A DNA stretch of 64,000 nucleotides from Bacteroidales bacterium (GTDB taxonomy: Bacteria; Bacteroidota; Bacteroidia; Bacteroidales; BM520). The notes beneath the pieces are model-generated. The model was not told the DNA's origin. It saw only the letters and a program-made list of their open reading frames with translations, and ran no database searches. The DNA is taken from contig JAEEQW010000006.1 of assembly GCA_016285515.1 (NCBI GenBank), forward strand, positions 78 through 64,077, given 5' to 3'. Within the stretch, counting starts at the first letter, position 1, and the number at the start of each line of letters is the position of its first letter. Of the stretch, positions 25,804 to 34,433 are shown piece after piece. The position numbers and the translations under genes are program-made.

Positions 25804-26910
25804 TCATTGAAATATCAGATTGACAGTCGCCACAATGTCAAGTATGTTTATAATGCCGTCATTGTTAACATCGGCATTTGTGAATTCAATGGATTCAATA
25901 TCCGACATCATAAAAGATATTATACACTGAATATCATTAACATCGACTTTCATGTCTCCGTTTGCATCACCAGGCATTTCAGACGAATGACGGAACAGTC
26001 TATCCCTGTAGGCGAAAATACTTCCGTTGGACGATTGGAAAAGTCTGCTGATATTTATATCATATTCCATTCCGGAATTTATGTATTCCCACGTTTCTCC
26101 GTTATCAGATAAACGGTACACGCCAAACGGAGCAATATCCTTAAAGAATGTATTGTCAAAGGCGCCATATATATCATCTTCAGCGGTTATCATTATATCT
26201 ATAAATATTCCAGGATACTGAGACACAATAACCTGCCACGACTGTCCGTTGTCATCGGATTTATACACTCCCTCAGATGATGAAAGAAAGATGACTCCCT
26301 GGGAATTACTTGCCGCACCTGTACCGTAAAAATAAATTTTGTTCAGACTCGTCGGCTCCCACGTCATACCATAATCGTACGACAGAAAGAAACCACCTTC
26401 GCCATTATATGAAAAAGTACACAATATTAACATGCCATTGACCTCATAAATTTTATAAGCATAGCCCGAAACCGGCACATTTAAATTCGTCCACGTATCA
26501 CCGTAATCATGTGATATGTGTATTCCATACCAGTCAAGTCTTCCCACAATTATTACGCTGTCATTTGCATACAGGATCCCTTTATTAACCGGTATCTGTA
26601 TGGTGTCCCAGATTAAAGCATCATCAGACGAATACAGCAGCTGATTCCCATGATTGACGTATATCACATCATTATCATCTATGTAAACATTTCCACAGGA
26701 CACTGACATTCCTGTCAGATTCCATTCGTTTCCATTATTCGTCGATTTGTACAGACCATGATTTGTGGCGGCATACAGATTACCATTGGAAGTTCCGTCA
26801 ATATTGACGAGATTGCAACTGTCCGGCAAGGCGATTTCCGTCCAGAAATTCTGTGACATGGCAAATGATGCTATACTCATCATTATTGCTATCATTGTAA
26901 ACTTTTTCAT
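25804..26910 (-). CDS. BNR/Asp-box beta-propeller protein with a C-terminal dockerin
   Basis: The 368-aa ORF has a signal peptide. It has six Asp-box-like repeats (STNNGNEW, SSDDALIW, SHDYGDTW, SYDYGMTW, SDDNGQSW, SDNGETW). The C-terminus is a duplicated dockerin. Confidence 0.75.
   Translation of the reverse strand: MKKFTMIAIMMSIASFAMSQNFWTEIALPDSCNLVNIDGTSNGNLYAATNHGLYKSTNNGNEWNLTGMSVSCGNVYIDDNDVIYVNHGNQLLYSSDDALIWDTIQIPVNKGILYANDSVIIVGRLDWYGIHISHDYGDTWTNLNVPVSGYAYKIYEVNGMLILCTFSYNGEGGFFLSYDYGMTWEPTSLNKIYFYGTGAASNSQGVIFLSSSEGVYKSDDNGQSWQVIVSQYPGIFIDIMITAEDDIYGAFDNTFFKDIAPFGVYRLSDNGETWEYINSGMEYDINISRLFQSSNGSIFAYRDRLFRHSSEMPGDANGDMKVDVNDIQCIISFMMSDIESIEFTNADVNNDGIINILDIVATVNLIFQ
25807..25971 (-). 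other. Dockerin module
   Basis: The sequence is GDANGDMKVDVNDIQCIISFMMS...ADVNNDGIINILDIVATVNLIFQ. Its second segment is nearly identical in pattern to the dockerin at 362-538 (DVNRDGVINILDIQAIITIIF). Confidence 0.8.
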
Positions 26911-26912
26911 AA

Positions 26913-29900
26913 CTATAGTATTATTATTTTTTTATTTTTTTCTATTTTACCATTAATTTTAAGAATGCAAAAATACATTTTTTTCTGTAAATCATTTATT
27001 TCTATCTGATAATTTCCTGTATCTTTGATACCTTCAGCATAATGATGCACTACATTACCCAAAATATCATAAATAATAATATCCACATTACATTCATTAC
27101 TAATATAATAATCTACCATTGTTAAACCATTTGATGGATTCGGGAAAACATTAATACTTGTTGCTTGTGTATCAACAATTAAAGTGTTCCCTTTAGGCTT
27201 ATCAATGAAGGGTAATAAAGATAGCAGATGATTTCTGTTGTCAATAAAATGTTCAAAGTCACTTGGAATGTATTCAGGCATTGATGAAGTGTAACTAATA
27301 GTTTTTTCACCGTTTTCTATTCTCAGATATAAATTCTGTAAGTCAATAACTGCAAAAATACTGTCTTCTGTCGAAGATGGTGATGCCAGAATTGTTTCAT
27401 ACCAGTTAATTGCATCTTGCCAACGCTTCAAGAATTCATTACATTTATTGGCAAGTATTCCAGCAAGTTTTAATAAATGAATGTCTGTTATTCCTAAATA
27501 GTATTCCCTTAGCTGAGAATAATCACCGGCACATAATTCTTCTAAAAACAAAATCATTTTCATGGATGATAATGCATAGGAATTCTCTGGATATTGGGCA
27601 ATAATCGCTTTAAACTCTTCATAAGCTGAAGAATAATCATTATTTTTAATTAAGTTTATGGCATCATAATACATTCCTTCAACGATATTTTCTGATTTAC
27701 TTGGATTTTCAGGTATCCATACAGGTAGATAGTTGAAGTAAATGTAAGGGAAAATATCCTGCTGATTATTGAAATTATTACCCCAATAGTTGTTAGAAAC
27801 ATTATATATTGTTGTAGAATCAGGAGACAGTGTTTGGCTAAAATACAATAAAGGAATAGTATCATTGTCTTCATCTATGATCTTATTATATCTGAATGTA
27901 GCCGGAAAAGCATTGCTTGATACATATATTTCATAACTATCATTGTCTTTTATTTGCTGACCAGAAAGTAATGGACTTTGACTTCCTTGTACTGATACAT
28001 TAGATATGTTTAGCATTCTGACACCAGTAACATTGTGATAAATATTATTGTCGGTTATAACACCTGAAGAATTATATAAATCTATTCCTCTTGTACAATT
28101 TGTGATTATATTATCTGATACTTCAGCTGGCAATGTGAGAGAATTTCCTGAATCATTGATGCTGACAGCTATTCGGCATCCTGATATTTCATTATTGTTG
28201 ATCTTATAATAATCATAATTATCCACACTTATTCCATCTAAATTCACGTTGTTAATTTTGTTATTTACAAAGAAAACACTTTTGTTACTAACATTATCAC
28301 ATGGGATATTGTTAAAAGATATATATGAATTATTTAATGTTGTATTGGTTACCGAAGCGTTACAGCAAATGTTAACATGCCTGCAATTATTAAAAACACA
28401 GCTGTCAAAAGATACCAATTGTAAATTATTTGCATAAATGTTGCAATTATTGAAAATTGTTTTATTAAACAGAACATTAGATGAAGTATTTATGATAATA
28501 TCCAGGGTATCGCTTTGTGATGATGCAAATATCACACTGTCACCTATAACAAAATCACCATTGATTATTATACGGTTATGTCCTTTTTTTGCAGTAATTG
28601 TATTATAACCCAATAAAGACAAACAACTGCCAGACTCAATAGTAATATTACTGTTGTACATATCCAAATTGGAATTGTTGTCAAATGTAACAGTTGTGCT
28701 GTCACTTACAATCGGATTAAAACGTGATATTTTATTGTTGTTGTATGATACATCAGCAGTAATAGGTGTCTCATGCTGCATTAAATCATATTCAATTGAT
28801 AACTGAGTTTGGCTATTGTTTTCTATTACAACTCCTGAAACATTGCAAGGCAATTCAAACACTTCTCCCCATCTGTGGTCAACTAATGAAAGATTGTTTA
28901 TTGTTCCTTCATACAAACCATGTATGTCAGATTCTCTAATATCAAAAAAAAGTTTTTTAACCTCAAACTGGCTATAAAAAGTATTGAGATCAATACCAAT
29001 TTCTATGGGGTTTTCATCTATTCCATGGATTGGTAAATATCCACCATGATTATCAAATGTATATAAAAGAATCGTTGAGTCTGGCGATAAATCATTGCAA
29101 TTATCTGAATATCCTATTGAAAATTCAAGAGCTCCACGGCCTGAGTGATACACGTTCAACTTCAATAATAATTCAGGTAAATATGTATCATGTACGTTTA
29201 ACACTTGAAGCCTATGACCTATAATAGAACCAACATTATTTGTTAACAAACGATATGGCATATATACAAACCCATCATCATTATAGCTGGTTCCCCATGA
29301 ATTTGCAACTTTTACGGCACCTATTTCCCATAAACTCATGCTGTCAGGTGGGTTAGTATAGACTCCATCTCCATTAAAATCATATTTGATACTGTCATTG
29401 TAGCCCACTATAGTCATTGCATGAGCGACATTAATATTTGTACCCCACCGTATAACAATATGTTTACCAGCATCATAACTATCCTCAGGTAGTATATCGT
29501 AAATTTCTGAATTATAATTTGCTTTACATAAGAAATATGCAAGACCACCTGATTCCTCACCTTGTGCATGGTCATTAAGCCAATGCTTTAAGGTATTCAA
29601 CCCATTCGGAGTAGAGACGTCAATATAGGATAAACTATCTGCAACTTTATTGTTCAGTGCAAGATAATAATTATTATATCCTGTTTCCCAAACTTTATCT
29701 ACACCTAAACCTATTGCATCTGGATTAATTAAATCTCCATATTCTTTAACACTTGGAACGCCAAATTCTTTTATTATTTTAATACCACCCAAAAAAGTGC
29801 TTCCATTTGAGCCACTACCCTGATTTAGAAAATTGTATGTAAAATGAGTAGGATATTGGTTTTGGGAATATGAAGCAGATAAATTTCTGATTCTGTCAAC

Positions 29901-30215
29901 TTCATAGGTGAATATATATGCTATTCCTGCAGCTTGTGCACAACTGCCGTTCGTTTGGTGAAAAATAGGTCTAAACCATATTTTTTCTGAGTTATCTACC
30001 ATAAAAGGTAGAGGAGTGGATTCAGCTATATTATTCAAAATCAATTGATTGATACCTTTTGTCTCATCAGGATAGTCTGCCAAAGTATCTATTCCGCCTG
30101 TCCACCATGGTTCACCATTTGGATTAGGATTACAATTAATAGCTTGCGCACTAATTGTAAAGTTTATGAAACAAAAACAAATAACAAATAACAATAGTTT
30201 AATAAGTTTTACCAT
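26913..30215 (-). CDS. Papain-like (C1) cysteine peptidase fused to beta-helix and TPR-like regions, with a T9SS C-terminal domain
   Basis: The 1100-aa ORF has a catalytic Cys context (QTNGSCAQAAGIAY), a His context (AHAMTIVGYND) and an Asn/Trp context (KVANSWGTSY). The middle is an Asn-rich PbH1-like region. The C-terminus is INVFPNPSNGLTMVDYY...IIIYDILGNVV... Confidence 0.7.
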   Translation of the reverse strand: MVKLIKLLLFVICFCFINFTISAQAINCNPNPNGEPWWTGGIDTLADYPDETKGINQLILNNIAESTPLPFMVDNSEKIWFRPIFHQTNGSCAQAAGIAYIFTYEVDRIRNLSASYSQNQYPTHFTYNFLNQGSGSNGSTFLGGIKIIKEFGVPSVKEYGDLINPDAIGLGVDKVWETGYNNYYLALNNKVADSLSYIDVSTPNGLNTLKHWLNDHAQGEESGGLAYFLCKANYNSEIYDILPEDSYDAGKHIVIRWGTNINVAHAMTIVGYNDSIKYDFNGDGVYTNPPDSMSLWEIGAVKVANSWGTSYNDDGFVYMPYRLLTNNVGSIIGHRLQVLNVHDTYLPELLLKLNVYHSGRGALEFSIGYSDNCNDLSPDSTILLYTFDNHGGYLPIHGIDENPIEIGIDLNTFYSQFEVKKLFFDIRESDIHGLYEGTINNLSLVDHRWGEVFELPCNVSGVVIENNSQTQLSIEYDLMQHETPITADVSYNNNKISRFNPIVSDSTTVTFDNNSNLDMYNSNITIESGSCLSLLGYNTITAKKGHNRIIINGDFVIGDSVIFASSQSDTLDIIINTSSNVLFNKTIFNNCNIYANNLQLVSFDSCVFNNCRHVNICCNASVTNTTLNNSYISFNNIPCDNVSNKSVFFVNNKINNVNLDGISVDNYDYYKINNNEISGCRIAVSINDSGNSLTLPAEVSDNIITNCTRGIDLYNSSGVITDNNIYHNVTGVRMLNISNVSVQGSQSPLLSGQQIKDNDSYEIYVSSNAFPATFRYNKIIDEDNDTIPLLYFSQTLSPDSTTIYNVSNNYWGNNFNNQQDIFPYIYFNYLPVWIPENPSKSENIVEGMYYDAINLIKNNDYSSAYEEFKAIIAQYPENSYALSSMKMILFLEELCAGDYSQLREYYLGITDIHLLKLAGILANKCNEFLKRWQDAINWYETILASPSSTEDSIFAVIDLQNLYLRIENGEKTISYTSSMPEYIPSDFEHFIDNRNHLLSLLPFIDKPKGNTLIVDTQATSINVFPNPSNGLTMVDYYISNECNVDIIIYDILGNVVHHYAEGIKDTGNYQIEINDLQKKMYFCILKINGKIEKNKKIIIL

Positions 30216-30283
30216 GATATTTTTTTTATAATTAATACATCATATGAATTTGTACATCCATTTCATACATTATAGATTTTTTA

Positions 30284-30667
30284 TTAATTAGTTACCGTAA
30301 ATTCACCATAATACACGTCCCCATTGGAGAGTGTAAATGTAACAACATAATTGCCAGTGTTGGAAATGTTAATTTGCAAGCTGTTTGGAGTAAGCACCGA
30401 AAGGCTTTCCACAGAGGCACCAACAGACGTAGTAATTTCCAACACAACTTGGCCAATGTTTACAGAGAAATCCGCAGTGAACGTGTGACCGTTGATAGAA
30501 GCTTGGATGGTGGAACCTTTAGGAACACCTTGCACATGAGCCTCCTTAATTTGAATATGACTGTGTTCATCTGATAAAAATGCTTCATTAGCATCACACA
30601 ATATTATTGGTATCATCAAGCCAAGCAGCAAAAAAATTTTTTTGATTTTTCTATATCGCATACGCAT
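30284..30667 (-). CDS. Small secreted Ig-like protein (DUF3244-like)
   Basis: The 127-aa ORF has a signal peptide. Its beta-rich body ends in GNYVVTFTLSNGDVYYGEFTVTN, a pattern I associate with DUF3244. I did not verify this. Confidence 0.45.
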   Translation of the reverse strand: MRMRYRKIKKIFLLLGLMIPIILCDANEAFLSDEHSHIQIKEAHVQGVPKGSTIQASINGHTFTADFSVNIGQVVLEITTSVGASVESLSVLTPNSLQINISNTGNYVVTFTLSNGDVYYGEFTVTN

Positions 30668-30754
30668 ATTTTTTTATTCAAAAATATAGTGAAATCCAAA
30701 AAATAAGACAAAATAAATAGTTGCAAATTGTTGCAAGTTATAATAATCTAAAAT

Positions 30755-30975
30755 TCAACTATTTATTATTTTATTTCTTAAAAACGACACCATTTTTTCT
30801 TGGGTTTCGAAAATGGTTTTCAACTTCTTTTCGTACCGTTTTATGGAAAAATAATCCCTATTGAGGAGGATAGCTGCCTGTTTTTCGTCCATGCCAAGCA
30901 GATAAAGATGGCACAGGTTAACCAAAGCAGTGTTGGTCTTCACCCAACACTGCCTAAGAAAGATCTCGAATGATC
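30755..30975 (-). pseudogene. Truncated duplicate of the 3' end (HTH region) of the regulator gene at 23266..25026
   Basis: About 245 bp at 30731-30975 align nearly base for base with 23245-23495. The 62-aa ORF differs from the regulator C-terminus at only a few residues. The upstream part of the gene is absent. Confidence 0.8.
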
Positions 30976-30980
30976 CAAAA

Positions 30981-31062
30981 CATCCAATTGTTGATTATCG
31001 CCCATAATGTTGCCTGATTGCATGATTTGGCCCATGAGGCTGGTGATGTGGTATGCGGTTTG
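30981..31062 (-). pseudogene. Internal fragment of a T9SS C-terminal domain
   Basis: The minus-strand translation is QTAYHITSLMGQIMQSGNIMGDNQQLD. It parallels QNAYRITNLMGQTLQSGTLMGDNQQLD, which is encoded at 32598-32678. Confidence 0.7.
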
Positions 31063-31106
31063 TTACTTACCCGCATCGTAAAGCCCTACACAACTGCATA
31101 ACAACG

Positions 31107-32521
31107 CTATTCCTTCACCCACTTCCCCGTTTCCACAAAGGTTGTTGAGCTTGTCGAAACCGTTGAACCTGAAGTCCCTGACCTTGAGGTAGCTGAGCTT
31201 GTGGGCACTTCGACAGGCTCAGTGCCCACCATCACCTTCCAAACATACACCCCCGAAGGCCAATCTTCGGCATTAATCGCCGTCACATGCTCCGTGAGGG
31301 TTTGTCTGTGGATGAGCCTTCCATTCATGTCATACACCTCCACATGGGCCTTGCAGGGCCGCAACATTGTGACAGTCGTACGGATATTGAGCGTATTGCC
31401 ACCCGGATTGGGATAAGCAACAGCCACTTTCAGGCCATTGTCGTGAGCCTCGTCAATGCCTACAAACGCTTCAGCGGAGAACTTCGTAAGAATGTAATGG
31501 TTGATGTTTGCGTTATCGAGTTCGTGGCAATATGAAAGCAGAAGTACTCCGCCGTCACGCGTAACGTAATACGAGTTGCAGTTGAGGTTGGTCCTTTCCT
31601 GATAAGGATAATACACCTCCTGCACCAACTCAAAATTGCGGTTCAGTTTCTCTATCATTATCCACGAATCATGGTTGCGCCACAGGCCACGATGCATTTG
31701 TCACCGTATGATTTTTCCTCGTCCGTTATTTTTGCGGCGTTTTTACTGGTATGGTAATGCACATAGCCAATCTCGTTGCTTACCATCTGGTCGTTGAAGG
31801 CATACGGGTCGCTGCCCCGGTCGCCCAGCGATATGCCTTTGTGTATGAGCATATTCCCATCAAAATCCATTTTGAAGAAAAACAACGAGTCCAAGGCATA
31901 ATTGTTATACCTCGTCTGAGTTTTTGTGTAAGAACCAACAATGCATCCATCCTCCACAAAAGCGGAAGTCAGCTTTATTTTCGCCATACTGATATTGTAA
32001 GGGTGAAACGGTGTCGACTGATAATACGCCGCATTGTTCGTTGTATCGAGTGGAATCAAGTATTCCATGGAATCAATCATATTGAGGTCGTTGTCCATCT
32101 TATAGAAATACAGATACGCCTTGTCGGAGTAGTCGAGCACGAAATTGGCGCAATCAGGGTCTCGGTCAGGAAGGAAATGCCCCATAACAATGATGTTGTG
32201 GTCGGGGGCTTCTATGATGTATTGGTCATCAGAGCGGTACCCGAATCTCGACCAGCAAACCTCCTTTTGCAAAACGCCATCAGAAGAGAACTTCATCAGA
32301 CCAGGATTCTCACTGTAGTTCCCGTTCACATTGTTGTTCCTCCAAGAAGCATTAACGATGATGTCGCCAGATTCAAACTCAGTAAGCGACTGCATGCAAT
32401 TCGGCCGAATGGAATCATAACCGTCATATATTCTCACATATTCCCATTCTTGTGCTGCGGTCTTCATCCCTAATAGCAGAGCAAAAGCCAATAATGCAAA
32501 TTGTAGTCTTGTTTTCATCAT
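31107..32521 (-). pseudogene. T9SS-sorted secreted protein split into two overlapping reading frames (frameshift or sequencing error)
   Basis: ORF 31658..32521 carries the signal peptide and N-terminal body. ORF 31107..31697 carries the rest plus the CTD (VAYPNPGGNTLNI...VEVYDMNGRLI...WPSGVYVWKV). The two frames overlap at 31658-31697. Confidence 0.55.
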
Positions 32522-32526
32522 TTCAT

Positions 32527-34281
32527 TTATTTCACAATAAATTTCACCGTCGCACTGTCAATGGTAAGGAGATACATGCCAACAGGCAAAGCCGAAACAT
32601 CCAATTGTTGGTTATCGCCCATGAGGGTGCCTGATTGCAGGGTTTGGCCCATGAGGTTGGTGATGCGGTATGCGTTTTGTTGTAGAGACGCACGGCCGTG
32701 CGTCTCAATGCCGTGCATATCTACAAAAAGAACGCTATTGGTCGGGTTGGGATATACCATCAGTTTTGAAGCAGAAAATTCCTTTACATTTTCATAACCC
32801 ATAGGACGAGGGATGGGAAAGCCTGCATTAATACCTTCGACATCTTCAACCCAAACACATTGCCCCATCGCACCTGCGTTCAACGCTTCGAGCAGGTCAG
32901 TGGTTCCGTGCAAAGTCTCATCAAGGATCCACGTTGTTGCCGTAGCGCCAGGGTTGAAAGCGCATGAATTCGGAATATGTACCCAACTATTGGAACCTAT
33001 GTTGTAAACATACGTTGTAATTGATTCATTACCCGTCCAATAACAATCAATAATCAATGTATCACTAAAAATCGCAGGGACAATATGTCCATACCACTCA
33101 CTCATTATGTTTGGATTAGAAGGCTTGATGATGGCTCCAGCGTTATACACATTACGTATGTACTCATCATGGAGTGGAGTGCTTGCTATTCCGCCCATTT
33201 GGATGAGGAGCGGGTCATCGCCAGTATAAACAGCGGTTAAATCTCCACGATTATAGCAATTGTAAATAGTTCCGTCGGCACCTGAAATGCCGCCCATCAT
33301 AATTTCATCATCGTTGACACCTGTAAGTAACGCTGCATTGCCACAACATGACATAGTAGTGAATAAGGCTGTCCCGATGATGCCTCCCGTATTCATGCCA
33401 CCCGTGATTTTACCCGATTCCTGATTGAAACAATATGTGATTTCACAATCACTTCCGCCTTGTCCCACCATGCCTCCGGCAGTACCTTCCGAAACAATTT
33501 CACCGTAATTGACACAGTTTTTGATGATAAAATCACCTTCACCTACGATGCCTCCGGCAAAAGTCCAACCATTTACATAACCATGATTCACACAATGGTC
33601 TATGACGAGATGACCGTTATCAATAATCGTTTTGCTGACAATTCCTCCACATCTTTCGTTTTCGCGGACTTTGGCATTGTTGACGCAGTTTTTGATGAAA
33701 ACAGTGTCGGATTCACCGAGATCGACATCACAAAGACCGATGATTCCACCATTGGCTACAGCGCTGAAAATCTCAATAAGACCGTCCACAGTGCAATCCA
33801 GGACATTGGTGTTTTTCGCTTTGCCTATGAGAATTCCACCAATTGCAGAATATACGTATTCCTGCTCATATTCCAAAACTGTGGCATTTTCAAGACTTAC
33901 ATTTATTATCGTAGCATTTTCTGTAATTGCAAACAATCCAGAAGTCTTTTGTCCGTTTATATATAGCCCACTAATTACATGACCATCGCCATCAAATACA
34001 CCTGTAAAAGTGCGGATACTGCCAATAGGAGTCCATAACAAAGAGTCGCCATCGTTTAAAATAATGTCGTCCGTTAGAACATAATAGGCATCGCCCCCTG
34101 AGCCGTCGTTGGTCTGCTGCGCAAGAAATGCCAATTGTTCCGCTGTAGCAATTTGGTAAGGATTACCTGATGTGCCGTTACCGCCATTGTATGATTCGGC
34201 TATAGAGCCGTCCCAAGGTATTTGTGCTGCGACCGTCATCCCGACTGCGAGCAAAACAAATAGAATAAAACACTTTTTCAT
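32527..34281 (-). CDS. GLUG-motif repeat protein with a T9SS C-terminal domain
   Basis: I placed the start at MKKCFILFVLLAVGMTVAAQ (ATG at 34281). GG(I/M)xG motifs recur (GGIIGL, CGGIVSK, AGGIVGE, AGGMVGQ, TGGIIGT, MGGISGA, MGGIAST). The CTD is MVYPNPTNSVLFVD...YRITNLMGQ...GMYLLTI. Confidence 0.7.
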   Translation of the reverse strand: MKKCFILFVLLAVGMTVAAQIPWDGSIAESYNGGNGTSGNPYQIATAEQLAFLAQQTNDGSGGDAYYVLTDDIILNDGDSLLWTPIGSIRTFTGVFDGDGHVISGLYINGQKTSGLFAITENATIINVSLENATVLEYEQEYVYSAIGGILIGKAKNTNVLDCTVDGLIEIFSAVANGGIIGLCDVDLGESDTVFIKNCVNNAKVRENERCGGIVSKTIIDNGHLVIDHCVNHGYVNGWTFAGGIVGEGDFIIKNCVNYGEIVSEGTAGGMVGQGGSDCEITYCFNQESGKITGGMNTGGIIGTALFTTMSCCGNAALLTGVNDDEIMMGGISGADGTIYNCYNRGDLTAVYTGDDPLLIQMGGIASTPLHDEYIRNVYNAGAIIKPSNPNIMSEWYGHIVPAIFSDTLIIDCYWTGNESITTYVYNIGSNSWVHIPNSCAFNPGATATTWILDETLHGTTDLLEALNAGAMGQCVWVEDVEGINAGFPIPRPMGYENVKEFSASKLMVYPNPTNSVLFVDMHGIETHGRASLQQNAYRITNLMGQTLQSGTLMGDNQQLDVSALPVGMYLLTIDSATVKFIVK

Positions 34282-34433
34282 TAGGAGTACTTTTTTGTCA
34301 CAAAAATATAACAAAAAACCGCCAAAAATACCATTTCCATCGGCCAATCCACTATTTTCTTTAAAAACATTGTTGAATACCAACGGATTACAAAAAGTTT
34401 TTCCACAAAAAATTGGGGGAAATCCACCCGAAA

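Noticed and set aside
31751-32473. 240-aa plus-strand ORF
   Set aside because: It is antisense to the signal-peptide-bearing T9SS cargo ORF. It has no motifs and is probably a shadow ORF in a G+C-rich region.
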